Assembly: GCA_963702005.1 (NCBI GenBank)
Contig: OY969696.1
Span: forward strand, 2,176,001 to 2,240,000
Origin: Candidatus Aminicenantes bacterium
GTDB lineage: Bacteria; Acidobacteriota; Aminicenantia; Aminicenantales; JAFGBC01
Direction: 5' to 3'
DNA: 64,000 nt
Part shown: positions 30,780-40,689 of the stretch, piece after piece
Numbering within the stretch: position 1 is the first letter of the stretch
Layout of the letters: every line of letters begins with the position of its first letter
The notes under the pieces: model-generated
Told to the model about the DNA's origin: nothing
The model's input: only the letters and a program-made list of their open reading frames with translations
Database searches by the model: none
Translations under genes and position numbers: made by a program

Positions 30780-33277
30780 TTGAGAGTTGGCAGGGGCCGT
30801 TCCAGGAGGTCCGTTTCCCGGAAGAGGCGGCGGCCGAGGTCGAAGGATAGGGTTTTAATCTCGAACGGCCCGAGACGGACTGAGGTCCGGGCCTTGGCGA
30901 AGGGAAGCTCGAGCCGGACCGTTCTCGCCCTTCCGGTCGGCTCGAACAGCCGGATGATGATCTTGCGGCCGGCCTCCGATTTCTTGAGAGCGGTCAGGAC
31001 GACCGCAGGGTCGTCCAGGATAAGGACCGGCTCGGCTCGCCGTCCCCGGCCTGAGGGAAAGAAGGAGAGGATGAACGGAGGCTCGTTCCTCTCCAGAGCC
31101 TCCCGTTCCACTCGCTCCAGCCTTTCCTCGGCCGGGCCGGCATTGACCCAGAAGCGGAACGACCGTTCGCCCTGGTCGTGCCTCGGGATGTGGCGGTCGG
31201 CCTTGAGCATGGCCTGGGCGGCGTCCGGGTCGGCCGCGAAAGCGGGCGCCCGGAGCAAGGACAATCGCAGCTCGCGGCCGTCGAAATCCGCGCCGTGAAT
31301 GCCGTCGTTGATAATCGTCAACGCCTGTCCGGCCGCGTCGGAGACGAGCGCCATCCATTTCTGGGCGACCGCCTCGGCGCCGTCGGCGAAGAGCTCGTCG
31401 CGGCCGTAGGCGACCTGACCCAGGAAGCGCCAGCCGTCCGGGCGGCAGGGAAGGGCGAGCTTGAGCATGCGGTCCTTTTCGGCCCAGAGGACGCGAACTG
31501 CGACTTCGAGCTCGCCGCCCCGGACGGGGATATGATATCTCATGACGAGATACGAACGCCCATAGCCGAACAGGGCCTCGACGACGGTCCTGACCCCGCC
31601 CGACTCGATGACGCGGACCGGAGCGAGCGCGGATACGGATAAGCCGCAGAAGGCGGCCGCCCGGTTCGGAGGCAAGAGATCGAACGCTCCTTCAACATTC
31701 CGGAACGACCTTGTCTTCATGCCCCAGCAATCCGCGTCATCCTCGATGACGAGCGGTTTGAACGCCCCGGCCTCAAGGATCTTTCGGCCTCGGACGCTGT
31801 AGCGGTCGACCAGGCCGGTCGTGCGGCTGATGACAATCTCAAGGTCCGGATTGCGAAGGACAATGTCCCCGGCGTCTTGGGCCCCGAGAGACGACGACTT
31901 TTTTGGGACGGGCTCGAGGCGGCAAGTGAACCTGTCGAGACCGCCGGGCTGAAGGCGGGCCGGGAAGACAACCCGCTTGCGCCATTCGACGCAGAGGTTG
32001 CTGGCCTCCTTTTCGGGCTGGCAGGGGAGCGCCTTTCCTTCCCGGCTGATCCGGGGAAGGAGATAGTCCTCGGACGAGTTGACCTCGGCCGGCTCGAACT
32101 CGCAATCGATGATCGTATCGAATACCCAAGGGTGGGGATTGTAGACGAAGATCGGGATTTCGCCTTCTTCGGCCCGCGCCTCGCCTCCGGCCATCCGGAA
32201 GAAAGCCTTGGCCTTGACGCGGGAGGCGATCTCGAGGCCGTGGTCGATGGTCCTCAGCGCGGAATCTTCGGCGGCCTCGATCGAGGAGCCGGGCAGGATA
32301 TCGTGGAATTCGGCGAAAGCGAGGTCCCGCAGCGCGTCGTCCAGATCGGCTTTGGGGTAAGGCATCAGGCGCTGGACGAACGCGGCCGCCGCCATCTTCT
32401 CGGCCGAGAAAATTTCATTCTCGAGTCTTCGGTGCTTGCGCTTGACCCGGGCCATTGAGGTATAGCATCCGGGCGCCCAAGGATTGAGGCTCTTGGCGAC
32501 AATCGGGAGCTTCCGGCCCGAACGGGCCAGGTCCTTGAAATAAGCTTCGGGCGTCGAGTGGATGATGAGGTTGTCGCCGGCGTCCCGGGCCAGCTCGGCG
32601 AGATCCTCCAGATCCCGGCGCGAGGCGCCGCCGCCGTGGTTACCGACGCCCCAGAGCAGGATGCTCAGCGGCGCGGCTGGCTTCCGCTTCAGCCAGTCCT
32701 CGACCTTGACCCGAGCCCGGCCGAGGCCCGAGTTGTAATGGGCCGTCGCGCGCGCGGCCACGACCCGTGATCCGTCGAACCCGACCCAGATGAACTCCTC
32801 AGCCGGAAGAGGGCATTCGGCCTGGGACGGTCTGCAGAATAAATAAGAATCGTACCCGCTCTTGGCCAGGATCTGGGGGATGCCCCGGCCGTGTCCGAAG
32901 GGGTCGAGGTTGACGGCCGTCGTCGGCTCGGCGCCGAATTTATCCTTGAAATAGGCCTTTCCGAGCATGATCTGGCGGACGACGGACTCGCCGCTCGGCA
33001 TGTTGCAGTCGGGCTGGAGGTGCCAGCCGCCCATGATGTGCCAGCGTCCGCCGCGAACGAGCCGCTGGATGCGGCGGAACAGGGCCGGCTCGTACTCTTC
33101 GACCCAGCGGTAGAGGACGGCTTCGTTGTGGTTGAAGATAAAAGCGGGGAATTCCCGGCAGAGGTCGGCCGCGGTCCGAAAGGTCGAAAGGGCCTCGCCC
33201 GCGCCCTCTTCCCATTCCCAGAGCCAGACCGGGTCGAGGTGCGCGTTGCAGACGAGGTGAATCTTTGTCTTGGGCAT
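30776..33277 (-). CDS. Alpha-mannosidase, GH38
   Basis: NAHLDPVWLW, PDCNMPSGES, DPFGH, FHDILPGSSI. Confidence 0.92.
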   Translation of the reverse strand: MPKTKIHLVCNAHLDPVWLWEWEEGAGEALSTFRTAADLCREFPAFIFNHNEAVLYRWVEEYEPALFRRIQRLVRGGRWHIMGGWHLQPDCNMPSGESVVRQIMLGKAYFKDKFGAEPTTAVNLDPFGHGRGIPQILAKSGYDSYLFCRPSQAECPLPAEEFIWVGFDGSRVVAARATAHYNSGLGRARVKVEDWLKRKPAAPLSILLWGVGNHGGGASRRDLEDLAELARDAGDNLIIHSTPEAYFKDLARSGRKLPIVAKSLNPWAPGCYTSMARVKRKHRRLENEIFSAEKMAAAAFVQRLMPYPKADLDDALRDLAFAEFHDILPGSSIEAAEDSALRTIDHGLEIASRVKAKAFFRMAGGEARAEEGEIPIFVYNPHPWVFDTIIDCEFEPAEVNSSEDYLLPRISREGKALPCQPEKEASNLCVEWRKRVVFPARLQPGGLDRFTCRLEPVPKKSSSLGAQDAGDIVLRNPDLEIVISRTTGLVDRYSVRGRKILEAGAFKPLVIEDDADCWGMKTRSFRNVEGAFDLLPPNRAAAFCGLSVSALAPVRVIESGGVRTVVEALFGYGRSYLVMRYHIPVRGGELEVAVRVLWAEKDRMLKLALPCRPDGWRFLGQVAYGRDELFADGAEAVAQKWMALVSDAAGQALTIINDGIHGADFDGRELRLSLLRAPAFAADPDAAQAMLKADRHIPRHDQGERSFRFWVNAGPAEERLERVEREALERNEPPFILSFFPSGRGRRAEPVLILDDPAVVLTALKKSEAGRKIIIRLFEPTGRARTVRLELPFAKARTSVRLGPFEIKTLSFDLGRRLFRETDLLERPLPTLK

Positions 33278-33287
33278 GGTGCCGATC

Positions 33288-35318
33288 CTATCCCGTTGTG
33301 ATCCGAATTGTCGCGCCGTTCTCATCCCGCTCATAGGGGAGAAAAACGCCCTCTCGGCGCAAGAGACTGCGGCGTCCGCCGATCCAGACGGCGGGGCGGG
33401 ACCCGCGTCCCGCTTTTTCGAGGTCGAGCTTCAGGACGCGGCCCCGCAGGGGAATCTCGGCCTCGGCCTTTTTGATTCCGGCCGGAAGCCGGGGCCGGAG
33501 CAGGAGCCCGTCGAGTGTGGGACGGACGCCGAGCATGTGGCGAACGAGAAGAGAGATGATCTCCACCCAGGTCCAGGGAATGATCCCGACCTGGGGACAG
33601 GGAGGTACGGGCCGGGGTCCGTAGAATTCAAACCAGGAACCGGCCCGGCCCCCCTGGATTCGGCGCAGCCAGTTGAGGACGCGCCAAACCTTTGCGTCAT
33701 TTCCCGCCTCGAAATAGGCCCTGGCTACGAATAGAGACGCAAAAGACCACGGCCCCGGAGAATCCGGTTCCGAGCTGACATGGTAGCGGCCGTAGCCCCC
33801 GCCTGTCCAGCGCTGGTTCCAGAGCTTTTCGATTTCTCCCAGGGTCCGCCCGGCCAAGCCGCTTCGAGGCGGGATGAAGCCGAGGGCGATCGGAAGCGAC
33901 GTCGACGTATCCGGATCGAGGAGATGCCGGCCCGGCTGGAAGAGCGGGACGTCGGTGGCGAGGAGAAGGGTCGGCTCGGGCGTAATTTGCCTCTCGACTT
34001 CTCCGGAGACGAGGCGCCGCTTGAAGAGATGACCTTGGTCGACAAACCTGGAGCGCTTGTCTTCGAACGCGGCACGGCGCAGACGCCATCCCATCCGGAG
34101 CCAGCGTTCGGCCTCCCGGTCTTTGCCGAGCAGCCTGGCGATCCCGGCCGCGCTTCCCAAGCCGCGGGCCACGAAGAGATGGTGGGCCAGCTCGAATCCG
34201 TCTTCGATGCCGTGGGCGGCGTGGCGTTCCCAGAATTCGCGCTGGTTGTGAAGAAGACCCGAGGTGCGGGACCGGAACGAAGGCCGGAGCGGGAACTCGG
34301 CGATCCTCCGGATGTCCCGCCAGCGGCGGCGGAGGAAGGCCGTGTCGCCGCTCCAAGCGGCATAGGCATCCAGGGCGGAGAGGAGAACGCCGTTCTGATC
34401 GAACTCGCATTCCTCCCGAGGCCTGCGCCGGCTCGAATCGAATGTCGCGCCGTCCTCGGCGACGGACGAGTCGAGGATGCGGTCGAGGATGGTCCGGGCG
34501 GTCTCCAGGAAGCCGAGGGCGGCCAGCGCTTCGCTGACCAGGGCTTGGTCCCGGACCCATTCCAGATTGTACTGCCAGATGCTGCCGTCGAGCTTCCCGG
34601 ATCCGGCTACGACGGCCGGAAGCTGATGGCGGGCGGCCTTGAACAAATGGTCCAGCAGGGGATGATGGAAGCGGATGCGGGCCTTTTCGGTCCAGAAGGC
34701 CCGGGCGGCCGGGGCCGGGGCCGGCGCTCCGCACCAGGAACAAAAGGCCGAAAGGGAATGTCCTCGGCGGGCCAGGAGGTATTCGATGAAGAACGATCGT
34801 TCCTGGCCGGGCCTGAAACGGACGGTCCGGCGGAGCGCCTCATCCTTGAGGCCCGTCCTGAGCGTCAGCGTCCGAGAAGCCTGATGAGTGTTGCGGACGC
34901 GAATGTCCCTGACGAGTCGCGGCCGCGTCCGGTCGGGGCAGAAAAAGAATTCCGTGACGAGCCAGCCGGCCTCCGACCACGAGGCACGGAGTCCCGGAAT
35001 CCCATCCGCCTCCGTCCGGCGGACGCTGACGCGGCCGTGCCGCGCCGCGTGCCGATCCCGGGACGAGACGAGGATCAGGGCCGTTGCGCCGAGTCCCCCG
35101 TCCGCGTCGAGGCTTAAAGAGGCGCGCTTCGGTCCCAAGACTTCGGGATTCATCAGGAGGAGCCCGAGCGGGGTCGCCTGGCGGTAGCGGGAAACTTGGA
35201 GGGCGGCCTGGATGAGGCCGTTGCCCAGGAAGTAATATTCGGTCCCGGGAAGGTTTGTCCGGACGTCGGGATGGCCGCGCGACGGATCGTCCGCGTAGAG
35301 GTGCTCCTTGACATCCAT
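33288..35318 (-). CDS. (alpha/alpha)6-barrel glycoside hydrolase-like protein (GH15/GH63-like)
   Basis: Y..EWVRD, E.DQNG, EFWER, GGYGRY, GPW. Confidence 0.7.
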   Translation of the reverse strand: MDVKEHLYADDPSRGHPDVRTNLPGTEYYFLGNGLIQAALQVSRYRQATPLGLLLMNPEVLGPKRASLSLDADGGLGATALILVSSRDRHAARHGRVSVRRTEADGIPGLRASWSEAGWLVTEFFFCPDRTRPRLVRDIRVRNTHQASRTLTLRTGLKDEALRRTVRFRPGQERSFFIEYLLARRGHSLSAFCSWCGAPAPAPAARAFWTEKARIRFHHPLLDHLFKAARHQLPAVVAGSGKLDGSIWQYNLEWVRDQALVSEALAALGFLETARTILDRILDSSVAEDGATFDSSRRRPREECEFDQNGVLLSALDAYAAWSGDTAFLRRRWRDIRRIAEFPLRPSFRSRTSGLLHNQREFWERHAAHGIEDGFELAHHLFVARGLGSAAGIARLLGKDREAERWLRMGWRLRRAAFEDKRSRFVDQGHLFKRRLVSGEVERQITPEPTLLLATDVPLFQPGRHLLDPDTSTSLPIALGFIPPRSGLAGRTLGEIEKLWNQRWTGGGYGRYHVSSEPDSPGPWSFASLFVARAYFEAGNDAKVWRVLNWLRRIQGGRAGSWFEFYGPRPVPPCPQVGIIPWTWVEIISLLVRHMLGVRPTLDGLLLRPRLPAGIKKAEAEIPLRGRVLKLDLEKAGRGSRPAVWIGGRRSLLRREGVFLPYERDENGATIRITTG

Positions 35319-35372
35319 AAGGGCCCCATTATATCCCGGCCCGGCTGCCGGAATCAAAATGGCGGCCCGGGG

Positions 35373-36008
35373 TCAGACGAAGATTGTGGCCAGAGTGTAG
35401 ATTGCGAAACCGAAAAGCATCAGGGCCAGGCCGATGAAGATTCTCTTGAAGGTCTTGGGTTGGAACTGAAGATGGTGCTTGGCGACGAAGCGGATCAGCA
35501 TGAAGTACCAGAGTAGGCTCCCCAGCCCGCAGGCCACGGAGAAGACGATCGGGCGCCAGCCGCTGTTGGACATATGGGTCCAAGGGTGGGCGGTCGTCAT
35601 GCCGGCGACGCCGAGCCAGAAGATGTAGATGGTCGGGTTCGAGATGTAGAGAAGGATGACCCCCAGGATCGGCTTGGCGTTGAGGGGCGGGATGTCCTGC
35701 GGAGTCACGGGCCGAGTGAAGGTCTTGCCCTGGCGGTAGAGCCGGGTGCTGAGAATGATCAAGACGAAAGAGGCCAGCACTTTCATCGGGATGAGGTATT
35801 TCATCATCGGGTCCGTGATCTGGGAGATCCCGATGAGGGCGATCAGGCAGTAGGCGGCGTCGAGAACGGATGTCGTCAGACCGCCGGAGATGCCGTGGAT
35901 GAAGCCTCTCTTCAGCGTCTGAGAGATGACATAGACATTGACAGGACCGAGCGGGATGGCGGCCAGGAAGCCGACGGCCAGTCCCACGATAATGATAATC
36001 CCCGCCAC
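35373..36008 (-). CDS. LysE family translocator
   Basis: AIPLGPVN, RGFIHG, SNPT. Confidence 0.85.
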   Translation of the reverse strand: MAGIIIIVGLAVGFLAAIPLGPVNVYVISQTLKRGFIHGISGGLTTSVLDAAYCLIALIGISQITDPMMKYLIPMKVLASFVLIILSTRLYRQGKTFTRPVTPQDIPPLNAKPILGVILLYISNPTIYIFWLGVAGMTTAHPWTHMSNSGWRPIVFSVACGLGSLLWYFMLIRFVAKHHLQFQPKTFKRIFIGLALMLFGFAIYTLATIFV

Positions 36009-36040
36009 GCGGTTTTAACTCCTTGATCGAGAGAAAACAT

Positions 36041-36069
36041 TTTATAGCAGAAGCGGACGCCGCTGTCAA
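36041..36069 (-). promoter_or_regulatory. Sigma-70 promoter for the LysE gene
   Basis: Minus strand TTGACA-17 bp-TATAAA. Confidence 0.65.
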
Positions 36070-36144
36070 TTTGATAGATCAATCCCCTGCGCGGGAAGAG
36101 AGCGACGGGGAGAATAACGCCGCAGAGCAAGCCGCGTACTCGGG

Positions 36145-36726
36145 TCACAAGTGAAACGAAGTCCCCAGCCCGAGGCCGAACCTCCATCCTCCGAGATCGA
36201 CTTCGATGTCGAAGGGTTTGACCTTGAGCGGAATGTAGTGGGCTTCGATGAATCCGAACAGACCGGCCGCCAGCTTCGCCCGCACGCCCGCGCCGAAGAG
36301 GAGTGAGGTTTTCCGCCCCTTGGCCTGCAAGGAAAGGGGAAACGAGCTTTCGATCGTCTGCCTGTAAGAGAGGCCCGCGAGTCCGGCTTTGATGTAGGGA
36401 GCCCAGCGTCGGTCCAAGATCTTCCAAAGGGCGAATGCCTCCCAGCCTCGGACGGAAAGGTCGGTCTTTTCCTTGTAGAGGCCGATTTCCCCGGAACGGC
36501 AGTAGCCGAACTCGTAGCCCAGGGCGAGCGACAGGCCGTCCAGGACGCGCACGCCCAGGAAAGGGGCGGCCGCGTAGCCATTCCCGTAGACCTCTCGGAT
36601 CTGGCGGCTCCCCACGGTCCGAAAGGCGCCGAAAAGCGCGAGATCTAAGCTCAGGGGTTCGGCGCAAGAGACGAGAAGAAAGGTCAGCAGGATAAAGCCA
36701 AACCCAAGAAATTTCAATCCCCTCAT
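36145..36726 (-). CDS. Outer membrane beta-barrel protein
   Basis: Signal peptide, alternating beta strands, PYIKAG, C-terminal aromatic. Confidence 0.7.
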   Translation of the reverse strand: MRGLKFLGFGFILLTFLLVSCAEPLSLDLALFGAFRTVGSRQIREVYGNGYAAAPFLGVRVLDGLSLALGYEFGYCRSGEIGLYKEKTDLSVRGWEAFALWKILDRRWAPYIKAGLAGLSYRQTIESSFPLSLQAKGRKTSLLFGAGVRAKLAAGLFGFIEAHYIPLKVKPFDIEVDLGGWRFGLGLGTSFHL

Positions 36727-36762
36727 ATCCTTAGCGGACCGGAGCAGGGCGGCGCGCCCGCC

Positions 36763-37011
36763 CTACAACTTGGGAAGCGTCGAAGTGGGGGAGGGCTTTT
36801 TTTCTTCTTCCTGCTCGACCTCGAGGCCGAGGAGCTTGGCGGCGCCGTCAAAGATCATCTTGAGGGACTTCTTGGATTCCTGGAGCTCGGCCAGCCGCTC
36901 GCGGACCTTCAGGAGTTCCTTCTCAACCTGGGCGTCGATCCCGTCGAGCTGATGCTTGACCTCTTCCATGGTCTTTTTGTAAAGATCCTCTTGCTCCTTG
37001 TTTAGAGACAT
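36763..37011 (-). CDS. Small coiled-coil hypothetical protein
   Basis: AAGGAG RBS before MSLNKEQ; heptad-rich helix. Confidence 0.7.
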   Translation of the reverse strand: MSLNKEQEDLYKKTMEEVKHQLDGIDAQVEKELLKVRERLAELQESKKSLKMIFDGAAKLLGLEVEQEEEKKPSPTSTLPKL

Positions 37012-37033
37012 CGTGGGCTCCTTGGATTGTGAA

Positions 37034-38599
37034 TCACTTTCTGAAGACGATGTTGAACGGTTTCCAGACCTTGACCCGGGCTCCATCTTTGATGGCGGGT
37101 CTGAATTTCCACTGCCTCATGGATGTCTCGGCGGCTCGGTCGAAGCCGAAACTCCCCTTTATCCCCCTCAGGATGGTCGTTTGGGTGACATCTCCGCTTT
37201 CGGAGATCAGCGCGTTGACCGTCACGACGCCTTCGATGCCGATCCTTCGGGCCATCTCGGGATAGATCGGTTGGACCCTTTTGGTCTCGACCGGCTGAGT
37301 GTCAACCTGGTCCAGCGGAATAAGGTCGCCCTCCTGAGCCTTACGGACCACCGGCTGGGACGACTCGGCCAGAGCAGGTTCCGTCTTTTCCGGAGCCGCT
37401 TCCGCTGGCTGAGGCTGGTTCTGGATCTGGAGCGTGGGCGTCTGAGCCGGGAGGATGGGGGCCAGCGTGTCCGACGTCCTTCCCGGCTGGGGAGCGGCCG
37501 TCTGGCCTCTGGAGGACCCGGCCGGGGTCGCCTGGGGCTTGGCGGCCGGCTTGGACTCGGCAGCTTGGGGCTGGGTTTGCTGCTGGGAGCCGTTCGGATT
37601 GGACGCCGGCTGTTGAGCGGCGGCATTTGTTTCCGGCACGTTACCGGGGGGGTTCTCAGCGGGCGTTTGAATGCCGGACGGCGTCGCCTCAGTCTGCTGG
37701 GCCGTCTCGACCAGGCCGGTCTCGCTCTTCTTCGGCTTGAGGACGAACATGACGAGGAGCGCGATGACGACGAGGCCGGCGCCGATCCCGATGATGAGCC
37801 CCACCTTCGATTTCTTCTTCTCGGGTTCTTCAATATATCCACCGAACGGCACCGAACCGGGCCGCGCCTCGACGCGCTTTTCTTCATGCTCCCGGACAGC
37901 CGGGGGGACGGTTTCTTCGAGGGCGGGAGGCGTGAAGACGGGCATCTCCTTGGGCTTTTTGGCCTTTTCTTTGGGAAGCTCGGGCTTCTCTTCGTGGCCG
38001 CTCTTGAGACCAAAGTCGGCCAGGGCGCTTTGCAGGATCGTGTCGATTTCGGCCTCGACGTCGGTGGCCCCTTCGGGCGGCTCGACCTTGGCCGTCGAGT
38101 CCTTACCCCCGGGCATCAGCAGACCCCATTCTTCGCTGAAGTCCAGCGCCTTGTCCTTGGCCTGGGCCGGAGCCGGTTCGGCCGCTTCCGGTTCGGGCGG
38201 TGCGGCCTCCGCGGCCGGCTGTTTCTCTCCTTTAAGGAGGTCCCGGAAGACGGGCTGGAGATCTTCTTTTTTCCAGGGTTTCTCGAAAAAGGCGGAAGCC
38301 CCGTAGAACCGGATGGCTTCCGATTTGTAGACCGATTCCCGATAGATGCCGGTCACGATGATGACGGGCACTTTCTTGGCGGAGTCATAAGCGATCTTCT
38401 TGCAGAGCTCGAACCCATGGAGCTTGGGCAGCATGGCCTCCATGATGACGAGGTCGGGCCGTTCGGCCTTGAACTTCTCGAGGCCGGTGATTCCGTCGCT
38501 GGCGGTGACGACGTCGCAACCCTCGCTCTGCGCGAAATCGGACAGCGATTTTAAGGATTCCGCATCGTAATCGATGATCAGCACCTTTTTCTGGCTCAT
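37034..38599 (-). CDS. Response-regulator receiver + TM + TonB C-terminal fusion protein
   Basis: N-terminal receiver (VLIIDYD, LVIMEAMLP, EKP), acidic/Pro linker, TM, TonB_C (YPEMARRIGIEG..QWKFRPA). Confidence 0.85.
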   Translation of the reverse strand: MSQKKVLIIDYDAESLKSLSDFAQSEGCDVVTASDGITGLEKFKAERPDLVIMEAMLPKLHGFELCKKIAYDSAKKVPVIIVTGIYRESVYKSEAIRFYGASAFFEKPWKKEDLQPVFRDLLKGEKQPAAEAAPPEPEAAEPAPAQAKDKALDFSEEWGLLMPGGKDSTAKVEPPEGATDVEAEIDTILQSALADFGLKSGHEEKPELPKEKAKKPKEMPVFTPPALEETVPPAVREHEEKRVEARPGSVPFGGYIEEPEKKKSKVGLIIGIGAGLVVIALLVMFVLKPKKSETGLVETAQQTEATPSGIQTPAENPPGNVPETNAAAQQPASNPNGSQQQTQPQAAESKPAAKPQATPAGSSRGQTAAPQPGRTSDTLAPILPAQTPTLQIQNQPQPAEAAPEKTEPALAESSQPVVRKAQEGDLIPLDQVDTQPVETKRVQPIYPEMARRIGIEGVVTVNALISESGDVTQTTILRGIKGSFGFDRAAETSMRQWKFRPAIKDGARVKVWKPFNIVFRK

Positions 38600-38758
38600 G
38601 CGCTGCCCTTCCTTTATTCGAAATCCGGCTTTTCCCTCGCCGGGAGGGTTAGGGCCGAGGAGGTATCTGCCCGCAAGTCTATTTTCATCGAAGGCGGCTA
38701 AACGTCAATCACCCTTTGAGGTGATTCCCAGGATGAAATTCCCCTCTTGGGGGGGGTG

Positions 38759-40537
38759 TTAGGACCGTCCTCGCCGAAAGCGATGAAACGAGGAAGCGGA
38801 TTGGGGTGAGTGAGGGGTCTCGAACCCCCAACCTTTGTCTTTTCTGCTCCCCGGACGGGTGCCGGGGCCGAGAATGGGCCGGCCCGGGCGCGCGTCCGTG
38901 ATCTTTCCTCCGTCGACGACCAGCTCTCCGTTGACCGCTACATATTCGAAGCCCTGGCTATAGTGGTTAGGGTCGGCATAGGTTGAGCGCTCCTGAACCG
39001 TGTCGGGGTCAAAAGCTACGATGTCCGCCGCCATCCCCGGCCGCAGCAGGCCTCGGTCGCGAAGACGCATCCGAGAGGCTGGCAACGAAGTCATCTTGCG
39101 GACCGCCTCTTCGAGCGGGATCAGCTTGACCTCGCGCACGTAGTGGCCAAGGATGCGGGCGGTCGTCGCCCAGGCCCTCGGATGTGATTTCTCGCGGGAA
39201 AAAATTCCGTCCTCGGCCGAAGTCTCCGAGTCGGTGCACATGGAAACCAGCGGATGCCTGAGCGCCGCTCGCACGTCCTCCTCGCTCATTCCGAAGGTCA
39301 CGCGCATCGTGTTCCCGCGGTCGGCGAGCACGATGTCCATGACGGTGTCGAGAGGATCCTTACCTTCGTCCCGCGCGATCTCGGCGATCGTCTGGCCCTC
39401 ATATTTCTTGAGGTCAAGATTGAGGACGCTCGTGATGAGAATACGCGAGGCGCCCTCGGGCCAGTCGGGATTTTCCGCCAGGAATTCGCGTTTGGCACGG
39501 CCGCGCGTCGTCGGGTCGCGGAGTCGTGCCAGGAGCTGCTCGAGGCTCCCTTCCTGAAGCCATGAGGGTAGACTGTCCACGAGTCCATTCGAACTCGCCG
39601 TCCACGGATATTGGTCGGCGGAGACATCCAGGCCCTGCGCCCGCGCCTCCTCCAGCCTCCTGAGGACGGCAGGCATGAGGCCCCAGTTTTCCTTTCCGGA
39701 CGTTTTGAGGTGGTAGATCTCCGCTGGAATCGCCGCTTCACGTGCGATGCGGAACACCTCATCCAGGCTGGCGTCGATGCCGCCATTATTGTCGTTACCC
39801 TCGTCCCGCTGGTGTGTGATGTAGCTTCCACCGTAGGAAGCGGCGATGCGGGCGAGGGCGATGATCTCATCCGTCGAGGCGTAGCGGTCGGGCACGTAAA
39901 TGAGCGCAGTCGACAGCCCCAGGGCCCCTTCTTCCATGGCCCGGGCCACGGCCGCCTTCATGATCTCGAGCTCCTCCGGCCGGGCACGGCGGTTTTCTTT
40001 GCCGATGACGAGATTGCGGATGCCGCCGGCGCCCACAAATGTCCCCAAATTGACGGCGGACCGTGCCCGCATGAACGCTTCCCAGTAGCCGGCAAGCGTC
40101 GTCCAATCGGGAGTCAGCCCGTACCGGCTCCAGACATCCCGCCCTTCTTCGATCATCCGTTGGTTCAGCGGGCCGATCGACGAACCCTCGCCCGTGATCT
40201 CGGTCGTGATGCCCTGGGTGATCTTGCTCGCGACGCGATTATCGACAAGGATCCTGTATTCGGACTGCCCCATCATGTCAATGAATCCGGGGGCGATGAC
40301 GAGGTGCGAGGCGTCGATCCGGCGCCTGGCAGTGGCCTTGGCGAGATTCCCGATAGCGGCGATCCGGTCACCGACGACGCCGACGTCGGCCCGGAACCAG
40401 GGCGCGCCGGTCCCGTCGACCACGCGGCCGCCCGCGAAAATCAGATCATAGACGGGTCCCTGGCCAAGACAAAGGCCCGCCGTGAGAATGAGCCCGATGA
40501 CCGTTCCGCTAAAGATTCTTATTTTGGCAGCGCCCAA
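38759..40537 (-). CDS. N-acyl-D-amino-acid deacylase (amidohydrolase)
   Basis: VVDGTGAPW, APGFIDM, QGITTE, HPRAW, PGMAADIVAFD; likely TTG start at 40537 after GAGGAGG; C-terminus reads through the tRNA-His fragment. Confidence 0.88.
   Translation of the reverse strand: MGAAKIRIFSGTVIGLILTAGLCLGQGPVYDLIFAGGRVVDGTGAPWFRADVGVVGDRIAAIGNLAKATARRRIDASHLVIAPGFIDMMGQSEYRILVDNRVASKITQGITTEITGEGSSIGPLNQRMIEEGRDVWSRYGLTPDWTTLAGYWEAFMRARSAVNLGTFVGAGGIRNLVIGKENRRARPEELEIMKAAVARAMEEGALGLSTALIYVPDRYASTDEIIALARIAASYGGSYITHQRDEGNDNNGGIDASLDEVFRIAREAAIPAEIYHLKTSGKENWGLMPAVLRRLEEARAQGLDVSADQYPWTASSNGLVDSLPSWLQEGSLEQLLARLRDPTTRGRAKREFLAENPDWPEGASRILITSVLNLDLKKYEGQTIAEIARDEGKDPLDTVMDIVLADRGNTMRVTFGMSEEDVRAALRHPLVSMCTDSETSAEDGIFSREKSHPRAWATTARILGHYVREVKLIPLEEAVRKMTSLPASRMRLRDRGLLRPGMAADIVAFDPDTVQERSTYADPNHYSQGFEYVAVNGELVVDGGKITDARPGRPILGPGTRPGSRKDKGWGFETPHSPQSASSFHRFRRGRS
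38802..38835 (-). repeat. 34-bp copy of the tRNA-His 3' end (distal att site)
   Basis: tggggtgagtgaggggtctcgaacccccaacctt identical to 48851-48884. Confidence 0.92.
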
Positions 40538-40659
40538 TTCGCCCTCCTCTTCGGCACATCCAATGCCTGGGAATAACCCAGCCTCTTTCTCTAACCGGCA
40601 ACCTGCGGGTTTGGGTCGGGGTTCTCCTGATCCCACGCCGCTGAACCTGCGCCGCAGAA

Positions 40660-40689
40660 AGTATAGGTGCCGGCCTGGAGCGATGTCAA
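40660..40689 (-). promoter_or_regulatory. Sigma-70 promoter for the D-aminoacylase gene
   Basis: Minus strand TTGACA-18 bp-TATACT; supports the internal start. Confidence 0.55.
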
